Of a DNA stretch of 64,000 bases, positions 21,654 through 31,708 are shown in pieces. This DNA comes from an uncultured Arcobacteraceae bacterium (lineage in GTDB: Bacteria; Campylobacterota; Campylobacteria; Campylobacterales; Arcobacteraceae). The stretch covers positions 1 to 64,000 of the forward strand of contig CAXHZO010000009.1 in assembly GCA_964022095.1 (NCBI GenBank). Reading direction: 5' to 3'. The notes below the pieces were generated by a model. That model saw only the letters and a list, made by a program, of their open reading frames with translations. It had not been told where the DNA came from and made no database searches. Every line of letters begins with the position of its first letter. Within the stretch, counting starts at the first letter, position 1. The position numbers and the translations under genes were made by a program.

Positions 21654-21667
21654 TTGATTAGTATCAA
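21654..21667. promoter_or_regulatory. Crp/Fnr-family (FNR/Nss-type) binding site upstream of hcp
   Basis: Perfect TTGAT-TAGT-ATCAA palindrome, with TATAAT downstream. Confidence 0.8.
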
Positions 21668-21724
21668 TGCTTTTAAGAACTCATAAAAATATAATTCCAA
21701 TAAAAAACAAAAAAGGAATTTTTT

Positions 21725-23050
21725 ATGAGTATGTTTTGTTATCAATGTGAGATGAGTCAAAATGGTGGTTGTGGTAGTACTGGTGCAGTAGTTGGAACGT
21801 GTGGAAAAGATGAGAACCTAGCAAGACTACAAGATATAATGATATTTGGATTAAAAGGTCTTAGTGCATATAGAGAGCATTTAAATACTTTTAAGCCAGA
21901 ACTTACAAAAGAAGTTGATGATGTTATGTCTGAGACATTGTACTTCACTCTTACAAATGTAAATTTTAATTTTCAAGATCATATTAATCAACTTATGAAA
22001 GTAGGAAATGCAGGTGTAAAAGTTATGAGTTATTTAGGTGAAGCGCATATGAATAAATTTGGTATTCCAACTCCAGTTAAAGTTACTCAAAACAAAGTTG
22101 AGGGAAAAGCTATTTTAGTTTCTGGACATGACTTAGAGTTCTTTGAGAAACTTCTTATTGCAACACAAGATAAAGGTATCAATATCTATACTCACTCAGA
22201 AATGCTTCCAGCTCATGGGTATCCTGAATTAAGAAAATTCAAGCATTTAAAAGGAAATGTAGGAAAAGCATGGTTTGACCAAGCAAAACTTATGGAAAAA
22301 TTTCCTGGAACTTTTGTGGTAAACACTAACTGTATCGTTCCTCCAAAAAAGAATTGTGATTATATTGATAGAGTATTTACTCACAAAATCGTAGGAATAG
22401 AAGGTTCCACGCCAATTATTGACTATAATTTTGATGAATTAATTGAAAAAACACTATCTTGCCCAGATGCAAATGGAGTTGATTTAAATGAAGATAAATT
22501 CTTAACAACAGGACATAACTACAAAACTGTTTTAACACTAGCCCCATAAATATTAAAGGCATTAGAAGAAGGAAAAATCAAACAATTCTTTGTAGTAGCA
22601 GGTTGTGATGCACCTGGTCGTGGTGGAGAATACTATAGAGAATTAACACAAAATCTTCCAAAAGATACAGTAATCTTAACTTCATCTTGTGGTAAATTTA
22701 GATTCAATGATATTGATTTTGGTGAAATAGAAGGAACAGGTATTCCTAGATACCTAGACTTAGGACAATGTAATGACTCTTATGGAGCAGTTGAAATTGC
22801 AAAAGCCTTAAGTGATGCACTTGATACTCCAATAAATGACTTACCAGTATCAATTATATTATCATGGATGGAACAAAAAGCAGTAATTATTTTATTAGCT
22901 CTATTCTCACTTGGAGTTCAAAATATTTATTTAGGACCTAAACCTCCACAATTTGTTAACGAAGATATATTTAATTTCTTGGCTGAAAACTTTAACTTAA
23001 CACTTACAAGTGATGCAAAAACAGATTTAGAAAAACTATTAATCGCATAA
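21725..23050 (+). pseudogene. hcp: Hybrid cluster protein (hydroxylamine reductase), interrupted by a single in-frame TAA at 22547-22549
   Basis: MFCYQCE, SGHDL, HSEMLPAHGYP; after the stop the same frame continues ILKALEEGKIKQFFVVAGCD...SCGK...GQCND...SWMEQKA to 23050. Confidence 0.9.
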
Positions 23051-23077
23051 AAAATAGGAAGTTTAACTTCCTATTTT
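23051..23077. terminator. Bidirectional intrinsic terminator between hcp and the convergent ORF
   Basis: AAAATAGGAAG-TTTAA-CTTCCTATTTT. Confidence 0.75.
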
Positions 23078-23322
23078 AATACTTCTATCCAAAAAAATTT
23101 ATTCATATTTGGTTTTAAAACTGTTTTCCAACCAAAAGAAGTAGAATGTAAATATAAAACACCTCCTATATATTTAAAAGATACCTCTTTTTGACTCTCT
23201 TCTCCAAAAACCATAGAGAATACAGCATAGATATATTCTCCATCTTTTTCTAAAGAGTACTTGAAGTTATCAAAATCACTTAATTCTTTATCTAAAAACT
23301 CTTTTATTTCTTTCATAAACAC
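23071..23322 (-). CDS. Hypothetical protein (83 aa)
   Basis: Fills the gap between convergent and divergent genes; plausible composition; no recognised motif. Confidence 0.6.
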   Translation of the reverse strand: MFMKEIKEFLDKELSDFDNFKYSLEKDGEYIYAVFSMVFGEESQKEVSFKYIGGVLYLHSTSFGWKTVLKPNMNKFFWIEVLK

Positions 23323-23405
23323 CTTTCGATAATTTTTCTTATTTTAAATTTATTATCCTTTTCAATTGCTTTTTTTTGTGATAGAATTTAACAAAAGGAG
23401 TAACT

Positions 23406-23894
23406 ATGAAAACGATTATTACTATATTTATGTTTTTAAGTACTGTTTTTGCTTCAGAGTTACCTGAAGAATTCGATAGAGAACTTTATAATGCAGGGGA
23501 AAAAGTTTTCGACAACAAATGTATGCAATGCCATGAAAAATCCATGGATATACAACTTCTTATGAGAAACTTCCTTGAAGAGGATAATAAACTACTAAAT
23601 TTAAAAGCTCCAACAGGAAATGAGATATCATTTAGACTAAAACAACAAATTGGAAGTCGTGATGACATAGAGTTTCACTTAATCCAAACAAATGATTTTT
23701 TAGTTGATTATCTATTTAACCCAGACAAAGCTAAAACAATATGCCTAGAAGGAGTTATTAGACACTTTGATACTATGCCTAGCCAAAAAGGGAAAGTCAC
23801 AGAAGAAGAAATAGAACAAGTAAATCACTTCTTGTATTTTTTAGAGGGATTTAATGGCGTAAATAAATACTATCACGATGAAACAAAGTTTTAA
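23406..23894 (+). CDS. Periplasmic monoheme c-type cytochrome
   Basis: Signal peptide, CMQCH heme motif, distal MP; AAGGAG RBS. Confidence 0.85.
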   Translation: MKTIITIFMFLSTVFASELPEEFDRELYNAGEKVFDNKCMQCHEKSMDIQLLMRNFLEEDNKLLNLKAPTGNEISFRLKQQIGSRDDIEFHLIQTNDFLVDYLFNPDKAKTICLEGVIRHFDTMPSQKGKVTEEEIEQVNHFLYFLEGFNGVNKYYHDETKF

Positions 23895-23907
23895 AAGGAT
23901 TTTATAA

Positions 23908-24633
23908 ATGAAAAAAACAATATTATCGATTTTAGCAATAGCTACTTTAGGATTTGCAAATAATGTTACATATAAAATAGATGGAAAAGAGTACGAAGGC
24001 TATTTTAAATCTCCAGCAAAAGATGCACCACTTGTTTATATGGTACATGATTGGGATGGAATAACTGATTATGAAAAGAAAAGAACACAAATGCTAAATG
24101 ACTTAGGTTATGCAGTATTTGCAGTGGATTTATATGGAAAAGGAATAAGACCAACAGCAGTTGCTGATAAAAAAGCTTTAACTAAATCTCTTTATTCAAA
24201 TAGAGATGAAATGAGAAAAAGATTAAATGCAGGTTTAGAAGAAGCTAAGAAATTAGGAGCAAATACTTCAAATGCATTAGGTATTGGTTACTGTTTTGGT
24301 GGTAGTTCTATTTTAGAGTTTGCTAGAAGTGGGGCTGATTTAAAAGCATTTATTCCATTTCATGGAAACTTACTAACTCCTAATGGACAAGATTATAAAA
24401 ATACAAAAGGTAAAGTTGTAGTGTTCCATGGAACTGCTGATAAAGTTGTACCATTTAATGAGTTTGCATCACTTGCAGTTGAACTAGAAAATACTGGTTT
24501 AGAGCATGAAATGATTACTTATAGTGGTGCACAACATGCATTTACAGTAATTGGTGGTGGAAAATATAATGAAACTGCTGATAAAAAATCTTGGCAAAGA
24601 TTTACTGAGGTTTTAGAAGAGACTTTAAAATAA
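23908..24633 (+). CDS. Exported dienelactone hydrolase family protein
   Basis: Signal peptide; HDWDG, GYCFGG nucleophile elbow, HGTAD, HAFT. Confidence 0.88.
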   Translation: MKKTILSILAIATLGFANNVTYKIDGKEYEGYFKSPAKDAPLVYMVHDWDGITDYEKKRTQMLNDLGYAVFAVDLYGKGIRPTAVADKKALTKSLYSNRDEMRKRLNAGLEEAKKLGANTSNALGIGYCFGGSSILEFARSGADLKAFIPFHGNLLTPNGQDYKNTKGKVVVFHGTADKVVPFNEFASLAVELENTGLEHEMITYSGAQHAFTVIGGGKYNETADKKSWQRFTEVLEETLK

Positions 24634-24656
24634 AAGTGAGTTAATACTCACTTTTA
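24631..24656. terminator. Bidirectional intrinsic terminator
   Basis: TAAAAGTGAG-TTAATA-CTCACTTTTA between convergent genes. Confidence 0.75.
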
Positions 24657-25868
24657 CTACTTTTGAGGAATAGGGTAGTGTTCAATTACGAAATCAATAT
24701 CCTTATCACCTCTACCACTTAGGTTTACAAGTATAGTTTCATTTGGTTTTTCTTTTGCTAATTTCATAGCATATGCAACACCATGAGCTGACTCAAGTGC
24801 TGGAATAATACCTTCTAATTGAGATAACTTATAAAATGCATCAACAGCTTCAATATCATTTACAAGACCTATTTTTGTTCTTCCAACAGAGTGTAAATAA
24901 GCATGTTCTGGCCCAACAGATGGATAATCAATCCCACTTCCAATACTATATACAGGTGCAGGTTCACCTTTTTCATCTTTTAACATGATAGAGTTAAATC
25001 CATGCATAACACCCTCTTCACCATAAGAAATAGAAGCAGAGTGTTCACCAAGCTTTTCACCACGACCAAGTGGTTCAACACCATATAAATTTACATCATC
25101 ATCAATAAATCCTGCAAAAATACCCATAGCATTACTTCCACCACCTACACAAGCAGCTACATTTTGAGGAAGCTTTCCTGTCATCTCTAAGAACTGCTCT
25201 CTTGCTTCTATTCCCATAATTGATTGAAAATCTCTTACCATTTTAGGAAATGGATGAGGACCTACAACAGAACCAATACAATAAATAGTATTTATAGGAT
25301 CTTTTAAGTAACTTTCAAAGGCGCTATCAACAGCTTCTTTTAATGTTTTTAATCCATGAGTAGCTGGAATTACTGTAGCACCTAGTATTTTCATTCTAAC
25401 AACATTTGGATGCTCTTTTGCAATATCAACTTCACCCATGTGAATTTCACACTCTAAACCAAAATAAGCAGCTGCAGTTGCAAGTGCAACACCATGTTGA
25501 CCTGCACCTGTTTCTGCAATTAGTTTTTTCTTTCCTAAATGTTTAGCTAATAAGGCTTCTGCCATACAGTGATTTAATTTATGAGCACCAGTATGATTTA
25601 AATCTTCTCTTTTTAAATAAATCTCAGCCCCTACATGATTACTAAGATTTTTACAATAGTAAACTGGTGTTGGTCTACCTTGATAGTGTTTTCTGATTTT
25701 GTTTAATTCGTGTAAAAACTCATGTGAGTTTGATAGTTTTTTATATGCTTCGTTTATCTCTTCAAAAGGTTTTTCAAGTTGTGGTGGTATAAATGAACCT
25801 CCAAACTTTCCAAAATAACCTTTCTCATCAGGCATTGATTCTAAATAAGGTTTTTTATTTACTTCCAT
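24657..25868 (-). CDS. trpB: Tryptophan synthase beta chain (stand-alone)
   Basis: [35 protein letters not shown]; start moved to ATG 25868. Confidence 0.95.
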   Translation of the reverse strand: MEVNKKPYLESMPDEKGYFGKFGGSFIPPQLEKPFEEINEAYKKLSNSHEFLHELNKIRKHYQGRPTPVYYCKNLSNHVGAEIYLKREDLNHTGAHKLNHCMAEALLAKHLGKKKLIAETGAGQHGVALATAAAYFGLECEIHMGEVDIAKEHPNVVRMKILGATVIPATHGLKTLKEAVDSAFESYLKDPINTIYCIGSVVGPHPFPKMVRDFQSIMGIEAREQFLEMTGKLPQNVAACVGGGSNAMGIFAGFIDDDVNLYGVEPLGRGEKLGEHSASISYGEEGVMHGFNSIMLKDEKGEPAPVYSIGSGIDYPSVGPEHAYLHSVGRTKIGLVNDIEAVDAFYKLSQLEGIIPALESAHGVAYAMKLAKEKPNETILVNLSGRGDKDIDFVIEHYPIPQK

Positions 25869-25920
25869 ACTACTAATCCTTGTCAAAATAATATAGTATA
25901 GATTATATCTATAAAAAAGT

Positions 25921-26394
25921 TTATTTTATATCAATAACATCTCTTTTTACTTTAATAAATGAAGTAGTATAATAAATCTCTCTAAGAAATAGTAAAAGTG
26001 AAGTAACCAAACAAACCATTGATAATATAAATAATACTGAAATTACTAAATGTGCATCAAAATCCAGTAAAGCACTAGCAAAAATACTTAAAATCACCAT
26101 TGCAATCATAAATCCAGTTGCTGTACAAAAGAATATTGCTCTGTTTGTATTTTGCATACGCATCACTAAAAACCTTCTTCTTTTTAGTATCGCATCAGTT
26201 GGTTTATATGACTCCAATTTACTCTCTTGAGATGTAATATAATTATCTATTCTCTCAAGCTTATCTATAATCCTTGATAATCTTCCTGTAAAGACATTTA
26301 AAAGCCCTGCAACACCTGCTATTAAAAATACTGGTGCTACTGATACTTGAATAAGAGATGTTATACTAGAGATAGTATTTGTATCTGTTATCAT
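25921..26394 (-). CDS. DUF2721-like membrane protein
   Basis: [11 protein letters not shown]...RLSRIID pattern; three hydrophobic segments. Confidence 0.75.
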   Translation of the reverse strand: MITDTNTISSITSLIQVSVAPVFLIAGVAGLLNVFTGRLSRIIDKLERIDNYITSQESKLESYKPTDAILKRRRFLVMRMQNTNRAIFFCTATGFMIAMVILSIFASALLDFDAHLVISVLFILSMVCLVTSLLLFLREIYYTTSFIKVKRDVIDIK

Positions 26395-26516
26395 TTTTTG
26401 TCTATTGTTTTTTGAGTGTTTTGTTGCTCAACTGCAGCATCATATTTATCAAATAGAAGTGAAAACATATATCCCATTGATACTACTATTAAACCTATTA
26501 TTAAAATGTTTCTCAT
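26391..26516 (-). CDS. Small 41-aa protein with hydrophobic N-terminus (not in the ORF track)
   Basis: [51 protein letters not shown] overlaps the ATG of the DUF2721 gene (ATGA). Confidence 0.7.
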   Translation of the reverse strand: MRNILIIGLIVVSMGYMFSLLFDKYDAAVEQQNTQKTIDKK

Positions 26517-26556
26517 GTTTTTCCTATATTTTTTTAATTAATGAAAATTATATCAA

Positions 26557-26697
26557 AAAGAGTTTATATAATTGTTATTTTCTGATAGTTCAAGGCTAGA
26601 GTGGAAATTTTTGTAGGAGCTTACTGCTAGTAAGTGAGTATGAAAATTTCTGCGATAACGCAGAAATTTCAAAAAAGAACGGTTATAGAAACTTTTT
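26557..26697 (+). repeat. Nested palindromic element (about 140 nt) with imperfect 29-nt terminal inverted repeats
   Basis: Arms 26557-26585/26669-26697, 26601-26615/26639-26653 and 26619-26625/26629-26635. Confidence 0.6.
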
Positions 26698-27728
26698 TAG
26701 AAGTCGTCGAAGTCGATACTACCTTTTGAATAGTTAACAACATTACCTTCAAAGAAATTCGTTCTTTGATCATTAAATGATGCATATCCATCAACCCATG
26801 GAATAGGGTGTTTTACACCATACTCTGGTTTATATCCTACTGCATCAAGTCTTTTATCTGCTAGGTATTCGATGTATTGTCTAATAATTCCATCTGTGAA
26901 ACCTAAGATTTGACCTTGAGTGATATATGCTCCCCATGAAGCTTCTAAGTCAACTGCTTTTCTAAACATTCCTCTTACAGTCTCTTCTAATTCTGGAGTG
27001 AATAAATCTGGTCTTTCTTTTCTAGTAGAGTTAATCATGTTTTGGAATAATAGTAAGTGAGTAACTTCATCTCTTTGAATGAATCTAATCATTTGAGATG
27101 AACCTAACATTTTTCCTGATTTTCCAAGTGCATACATGGCTGCAAATCCAGCATAGAAGTATAAACCTTCTAAGATTTGGTTAGCAAACATTGCTAATAA
27201 GATTTTAGTATCAGAAATCTCACCATCATCATCACCAGTTAAGTTCTTGTAAGTATCAGCGATGTAAGTATTTTTTTCTCTTAATTTAGCATCTGTTTTC
27301 CACATATCATAGATTCCATCAGTATTATCAGAGATTGATTCTACCATTACAGCATATGATTTTGAGTGGTTAGCTTCTTCATAAGATTGTCTTGATAAAC
27401 AGGCATTAATCTCAGGTGCTGTGATGTATGGATTTATATTGTCCATTAAGTTATTTGTCTGTAATGAATCCATAAAAATAAGTTGAGAAAGTACTAAGTC
27501 ATACATTCTTTTTTCTGCTGGAGATAAGTATTTGTACTCTTTTGCATCAGCAGTCATTTGTACTTCTTTAGGGAACCATGTATTTGCTTCCATTTGGTCC
27601 CATAGTCTTAATGCCCATTCATACTTCATTTTAGTGAAGTTAATCATACCATCACTGTTTCCACCAAAAATTCTTCTGTCATTTAATGACTCTTTTGAAT
27701 CTGGGTTATATATAAGCTTTCTATCCAT
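26697..27728 (-). CDS. nrdB: Class I ribonucleotide reductase beta subunit
   Basis: [22 protein letters not shown] diiron ligands; TNFFE. Confidence 0.96.
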   Translation of the reverse strand: MDRKLIYNPDSKESLNDRRIFGGNSDGMINFTKMKYEWALRLWDQMEANTWFPKEVQMTADAKEYKYLSPAEKRMYDLVLSQLIFMDSLQTNNLMDNINPYITAPEINACLSRQSYEEANHSKSYAVMVESISDNTDGIYDMWKTDAKLREKNTYIADTYKNLTGDDDGEISDTKILLAMFANQILEGLYFYAGFAAMYALGKSGKMLGSSQMIRFIQRDEVTHLLLFQNMINSTRKERPDLFTPELEETVRGMFRKAVDLEASWGAYITQGQILGFTDGIIRQYIEYLADKRLDAVGYKPEYGVKHPIPWVDGYASFNDQRTNFFEGNVVNYSKGSIDFDDF

Positions 27729-27805
27729 TTTAGGAATCCTCTAAGTTTTTATCTAATTTTATAAAATATTTTACTTTTTTTGTATAAAAAAAGTGTTAGG
27801 TTATC

Positions 27806-30190
27806 TTACTGACAACCACTACACTCCATACTTCTATCTTCAACATCGTTGCTTGCTTCAGGAGATTGACTTCTTAGGTAGTAAGTAGATTTTAAACCTA
27901 ACTTCCATGCTAATGTATAAATCTCATGTAGGTATTTACCACTTGCTTTATCTAAACTCATAAAGATATTTGTAGATTGACCTTGGTCTATCCATTTTTG
28001 TCTAACTGCTGCTGCTTTGATAACTTGTAATTGATCAATTTCAAATGCAGGAGTATAGTAAGACCATGTTTCTGGGCTTAGTTTTGGAACAACTACAGGA
28101 ATAAGTCCTGATAAGTTTTCTTCGAACCATTTTCTTTTATATACAGGCTCAATAGCTTGAGTAGTACCAACTAAAATAGAAATTGATGAAGTAGGAGCAA
28201 CAGCCATTAGGTAACCATTTCTCATACCATTTTGTTTAACTTGTTCTCTTAGTGCATCCCAGTCATATCCAGTATCAAATAAGTCTTTATCTACAAGTGC
28301 ATTTACAGCTTGTGGTGCATGGTCATGAGGCATAATTCCTTGTGACCATTTTGAACCTTCAAATGTAGGATAAATTCCTTTTTCTACTGCAAGTTCTGAT
28401 GATGATTTAATTGCATTATATGAAACTGCTTCCATCACTGAATCAATTTTCTTGAAGTGTTCAGTTGATCCCCATGAAAGTTTATAAGATGCTAACATCT
28501 CAGCTTCACCCATAACACCAAGACCAATAGATCTTGATTTTAAGTTTGTAGCTTTTACTTTTCTAAGTGGGTAGAAGTTAAGATCAATAACATTATCTAG
28601 CATTCTAATAGCTGTTGGTGTAACTCTTTCAATATCTTGTATTGTATGAATTCTTGAAAGGTTAATTGATGCTAAGTTACAAACTGCTGTATCTCCATCA
28701 ATTTTTTGTTTTTCTACAATAAATACTTTTTTTCCACCAATAGAATCAAGTGCAGTTACTTTATTTGCTTTTTTCTCAATCCCACCATCAACTAAGATAA
28801 TATCTTGTTCTTCGTGAGTTGTAATAGAACCATCTTCAAACTCTAATTTGATTAAGTAGTGGTTTGGATTTGTATTTTGGAAAATCTCTGTACATAAGTT
28901 TGAACTTCTAATATGTCCTACATGTGAGTTTGGATTTGCTCTGTTTGCATTATCTTTGAAACATAAGAAAGGACTTCCTGATTCAAAATATGATGTTAAG
29001 ATTTTTTTCCATAAATCTTTTGCTTTGATTCTATCTTTTGTTACATCTGGGTCATGCTCATACTCTTCATATCTAGCTCTAAATGCATCACCATGTAGTT
29101 CTGATAAATCTTTTACTTCAGCAGGATCAAATAGTGTCCAAACACCATCTTCTAGAACTCTTTCCATAAATAAATCAGTAATCCAAAGTGCAGGGAATAA
29201 ATCGTGTGCTCTTCTTCGCTCTTCACCAGAGTTTTTCTTTAAATCAATAAAGTCATTGATATCCATGTGCCATGGCTCTAAATAAACTGCGATTGCACCT
29301 TTTCTTGTACCTAATTGATCAACTGCAATTGCAACATCATTTGCGATTTTAAGAAACGGTACTGTACCACCAGCTGCACTTTTATGGCCATCAATAGATC
29401 CACCCATAGCTCTAACTTGGTTCCAATCCCAACCAATACCACCACCATACTTAGATAGTAATGACATTTCGTGATAAGTATCGAAAATACCTTCAATATT
29501 ATCAGGAGTTGAACCAATATAACAAGATGATAATTGGTGTCTATTTGTTCTTGCATTTGATAGTGTTGGAGTTGCAAGCATAACTTCAAATTTAGAAACT
29601 ACATCATAGAACTCTTTTGCTCTTTGTTGTTTATTATCTTCATTTTGAGCTAAGAACATTGCAATAGCCATGAACATTTGTTGTGGTAACTCTATTGGGT
29701 TACCTTCACTATTTTTGATTAAATATCTATCATATAAAGTTTTAATCCCTAAGTAGTTAAAAAGATAATCTCTGCTTGGATCAATATAATCATTTAAATC
29801 ATCTAAATCAAACCCTTCACCAAGAGCAGGAAGTAATCTTCCAGCTTCTTTTCCGTATCTTAGATAATCTCTTAAATGGCAATATGGCTCACCTTTTATA
29901 CCATGAGTAGCTTTCCCTACTTTGTGATATAAATCATAAACAAATAGTCTTGCTGCAACAAAAGTCCAGTTTGGAACATCGATATCAATTTTTTCAACTG
30001 CAGTTTTTATTAATGCATCTTGAATATCTGAAGAGCTCATCCCATCAATGAATTTAATTTGAGCATCAAGCTCTAATTCACTTTGAGAGACCCCCTCTAA
30101 ATCAGCAGTAGATGCTACTGTCATTTTTTGAATTTTTGTGATATCTAAAAGTTCTTTTCGACCATTTCTTTTTTGAATCATAATTGCCAT
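27806..30190 (-). CDS. nrdA: Class I ribonucleotide reductase alpha subunit with N-terminal ATP cone
   Basis: IQKRNG, QLSSC, SNLCTE, VCNL, APTSS, KSTYYLR, C-terminal CSGC. Confidence 0.97.
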   Translation of the reverse strand: MAIMIQKRNGRKELLDITKIQKMTVASTADLEGVSQSELELDAQIKFIDGMSSSDIQDALIKTAVEKIDIDVPNWTFVAARLFVYDLYHKVGKATHGIKGEPYCHLRDYLRYGKEAGRLLPALGEGFDLDDLNDYIDPSRDYLFNYLGIKTLYDRYLIKNSEGNPIELPQQMFMAIAMFLAQNEDNKQQRAKEFYDVVSKFEVMLATPTLSNARTNRHQLSSCYIGSTPDNIEGIFDTYHEMSLLSKYGGGIGWDWNQVRAMGGSIDGHKSAAGGTVPFLKIANDVAIAVDQLGTRKGAIAVYLEPWHMDINDFIDLKKNSGEERRRAHDLFPALWITDLFMERVLEDGVWTLFDPAEVKDLSELHGDAFRARYEEYEHDPDVTKDRIKAKDLWKKILTSYFESGSPFLCFKDNANRANPNSHVGHIRSSNLCTEIFQNTNPNHYLIKLEFEDGSITTHEEQDIILVDGGIEKKANKVTALDSIGGKKVFIVEKQKIDGDTAVCNLASINLSRIHTIQDIERVTPTAIRMLDNVIDLNFYPLRKVKATNLKSRSIGLGVMGEAEMLASYKLSWGSTEHFKKIDSVMEAVSYNAIKSSSELAVEKGIYPTFEGSKWSQGIMPHDHAPQAVNALVDKDLFDTGYDWDALREQVKQNGMRNGYLMAVAPTSSISILVGTTQAIEPVYKRKWFEENLSGLIPVVVPKLSPETWSYYTPAFEIDQLQVIKAAAVRQKWIDQGQSTNIFMSLDKASGKYLHEIYTLAWKLGLKSTYYLRSQSPEASNDVEDRSMECSGCQ

Positions 30191-30237
30191 TTTATTGCCT
30201 TATATTTGTTAATATTTTTAAAATCTAATTATTTTAA

Positions 30238-31569
30238 CTATTTGTTAAAAACTCTATTGAAGATTGCATCAACATTTTTAGTGTAATAATCAAAGTTAAA
30301 ACACTCTCTGATTTGATCTTCACTTAATTTTGCTCTTAAATCTTCATCTGCTAATAGATGTCCTAAATATAAAGACTCTCCATTTTCATTTGTAGTTGGT
30401 TTTCCTTGTTGGATTTCTTCCCAAACTTTCATAGCATTTCTTTGAACGATTTTATATGCATCTTCTCTTGAAACACCAGCTTTTGGAAGTTCTAGTAGTA
30501 CTCTTTGAGAGAATACTAAACCACCAGTTTGGTTAAGGTTTTTCATCATGTTTTCTGGCATAACTGTTAAGTTTGCGATTACATTGTTCATTCTATGTAA
30601 CATAAAGTCAGTTGTGATAAATGCATCTGGTAACCAAAATCTCTCAGTTGAAGAATGAGAAATATCTCTTTCGTGCCATAATGCAATATTTTCCATTGCA
30701 GGAGTTGCATATGCTCTGATCATTCTTGCAAGTCCTGTGATATTTTCTGTTAAGATTGGGTTTCTTTTATGAGGCATTGCTGAAGATCCTTTTTGACCTT
30801 TTGCAAAAAACTCTTCTGCTTCATAAACTTCTGTTCTTTGTAAGTGTCTTACTTGAACAGCGAATTTTTCAATTGAAGATGCCATACTTGCTAATGCAGT
30901 TGCAAGTCTTGCATATCTATCTCTATGAACTACTTGGTTTGAACAAGGTTCTGGTTTAAGTCCAAGTTCTGCCATTGCTAATTCTTCAAGTTCTAATGGT
31001 GCGTGAGCAAAATTACCCATAGCTCCAGAGATTTGACCAACAGCGATAACATCCATTGTTTGCTCTAAGTTTAATAAATGTCTAGCCATTTCATCATACC
31101 AAACTGCTAAAGTTAAACCAAAAGTAATAGGCTCCCCATGAATACCATGTGATCTTCCTACCATTAGAGTTAGTTTATGTTCCTCAGCTCTTTTTTTGAT
31201 AGACTCCATTAGCATTTTTACATCTTCAATTACGATTTCTAAAGAGTCTCTCATTTGTAGTGCAACACCAGTATCAACAGCATCTGATGAAGTCATTCCA
31301 TAGTGGAACCATCTTGATTCTTCCCCTAATGACTCTGAAACACTTGTATTAAATGCGATTAAGTCATGTTTTGTAACAGCTTCGATTTCTTCGATTCTTT
31401 CAACAGAGAAAGTCGCATTTTTTACAATCTTTTCACAATCATCATCAGGAATTAATCCTAATTTATTCCATGCTTTTACAGCTGCTTTTTCTACTTCAAG
31501 CCATGCTGCATATCTTGCATGTTGTGTCCAATGTTTTGTCATCTCAGGTCTTGCATATCTTTCAACCAT
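30238..31569 (-). CDS. purB: Adenylosuccinate lyase
   Basis: GSSAMPHKRNP, GRSHGIH, WHERD. Confidence 0.97.
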   Translation of the reverse strand: MVERYARPEMTKHWTQHARYAAWLEVEKAAVKAWNKLGLIPDDDCEKIVKNATFSVERIEEIEAVTKHDLIAFNTSVSESLGEESRWFHYGMTSSDAVDTGVALQMRDSLEIVIEDVKMLMESIKKRAEEHKLTLMVGRSHGIHGEPITFGLTLAVWYDEMARHLLNLEQTMDVIAVGQISGAMGNFAHAPLELEELAMAELGLKPEPCSNQVVHRDRYARLATALASMASSIEKFAVQVRHLQRTEVYEAEEFFAKGQKGSSAMPHKRNPILTENITGLARMIRAYATPAMENIALWHERDISHSSTERFWLPDAFITTDFMLHRMNNVIANLTVMPENMMKNLNQTGGLVFSQRVLLELPKAGVSREDAYKIVQRNAMKVWEEIQQGKPTTNENGESLYLGHLLADEDLRAKLSEDQIRECFNFDYYTKNVDAIFNRVFNK

Positions 31570-31708
31570 TCTTCTAGTCCCTTGTTTTCGTTTTTATCTA
31601 TAATTTTTCATTTTTTAAGTATGATATAGTATCTAAACAAGATAAAAATCTAGATAAAAATAATACTATTTTTTAAACGATTTTTTGAAAAAAACTCAGG
31701 ATACCAAT

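Noticed and set aside
22547-22549. Selenocysteine or pyrrolysine recoding in hcp
   Set aside because: The codon is TAA, not TGA or TAG, and the position is not a Cys ligand
26405-26599. 64-aa + strand ORF from the track
   Set aside because: No RBS, TTG start, and it is antisense to a better-supported 41-aa ORF and runs into the palindrome
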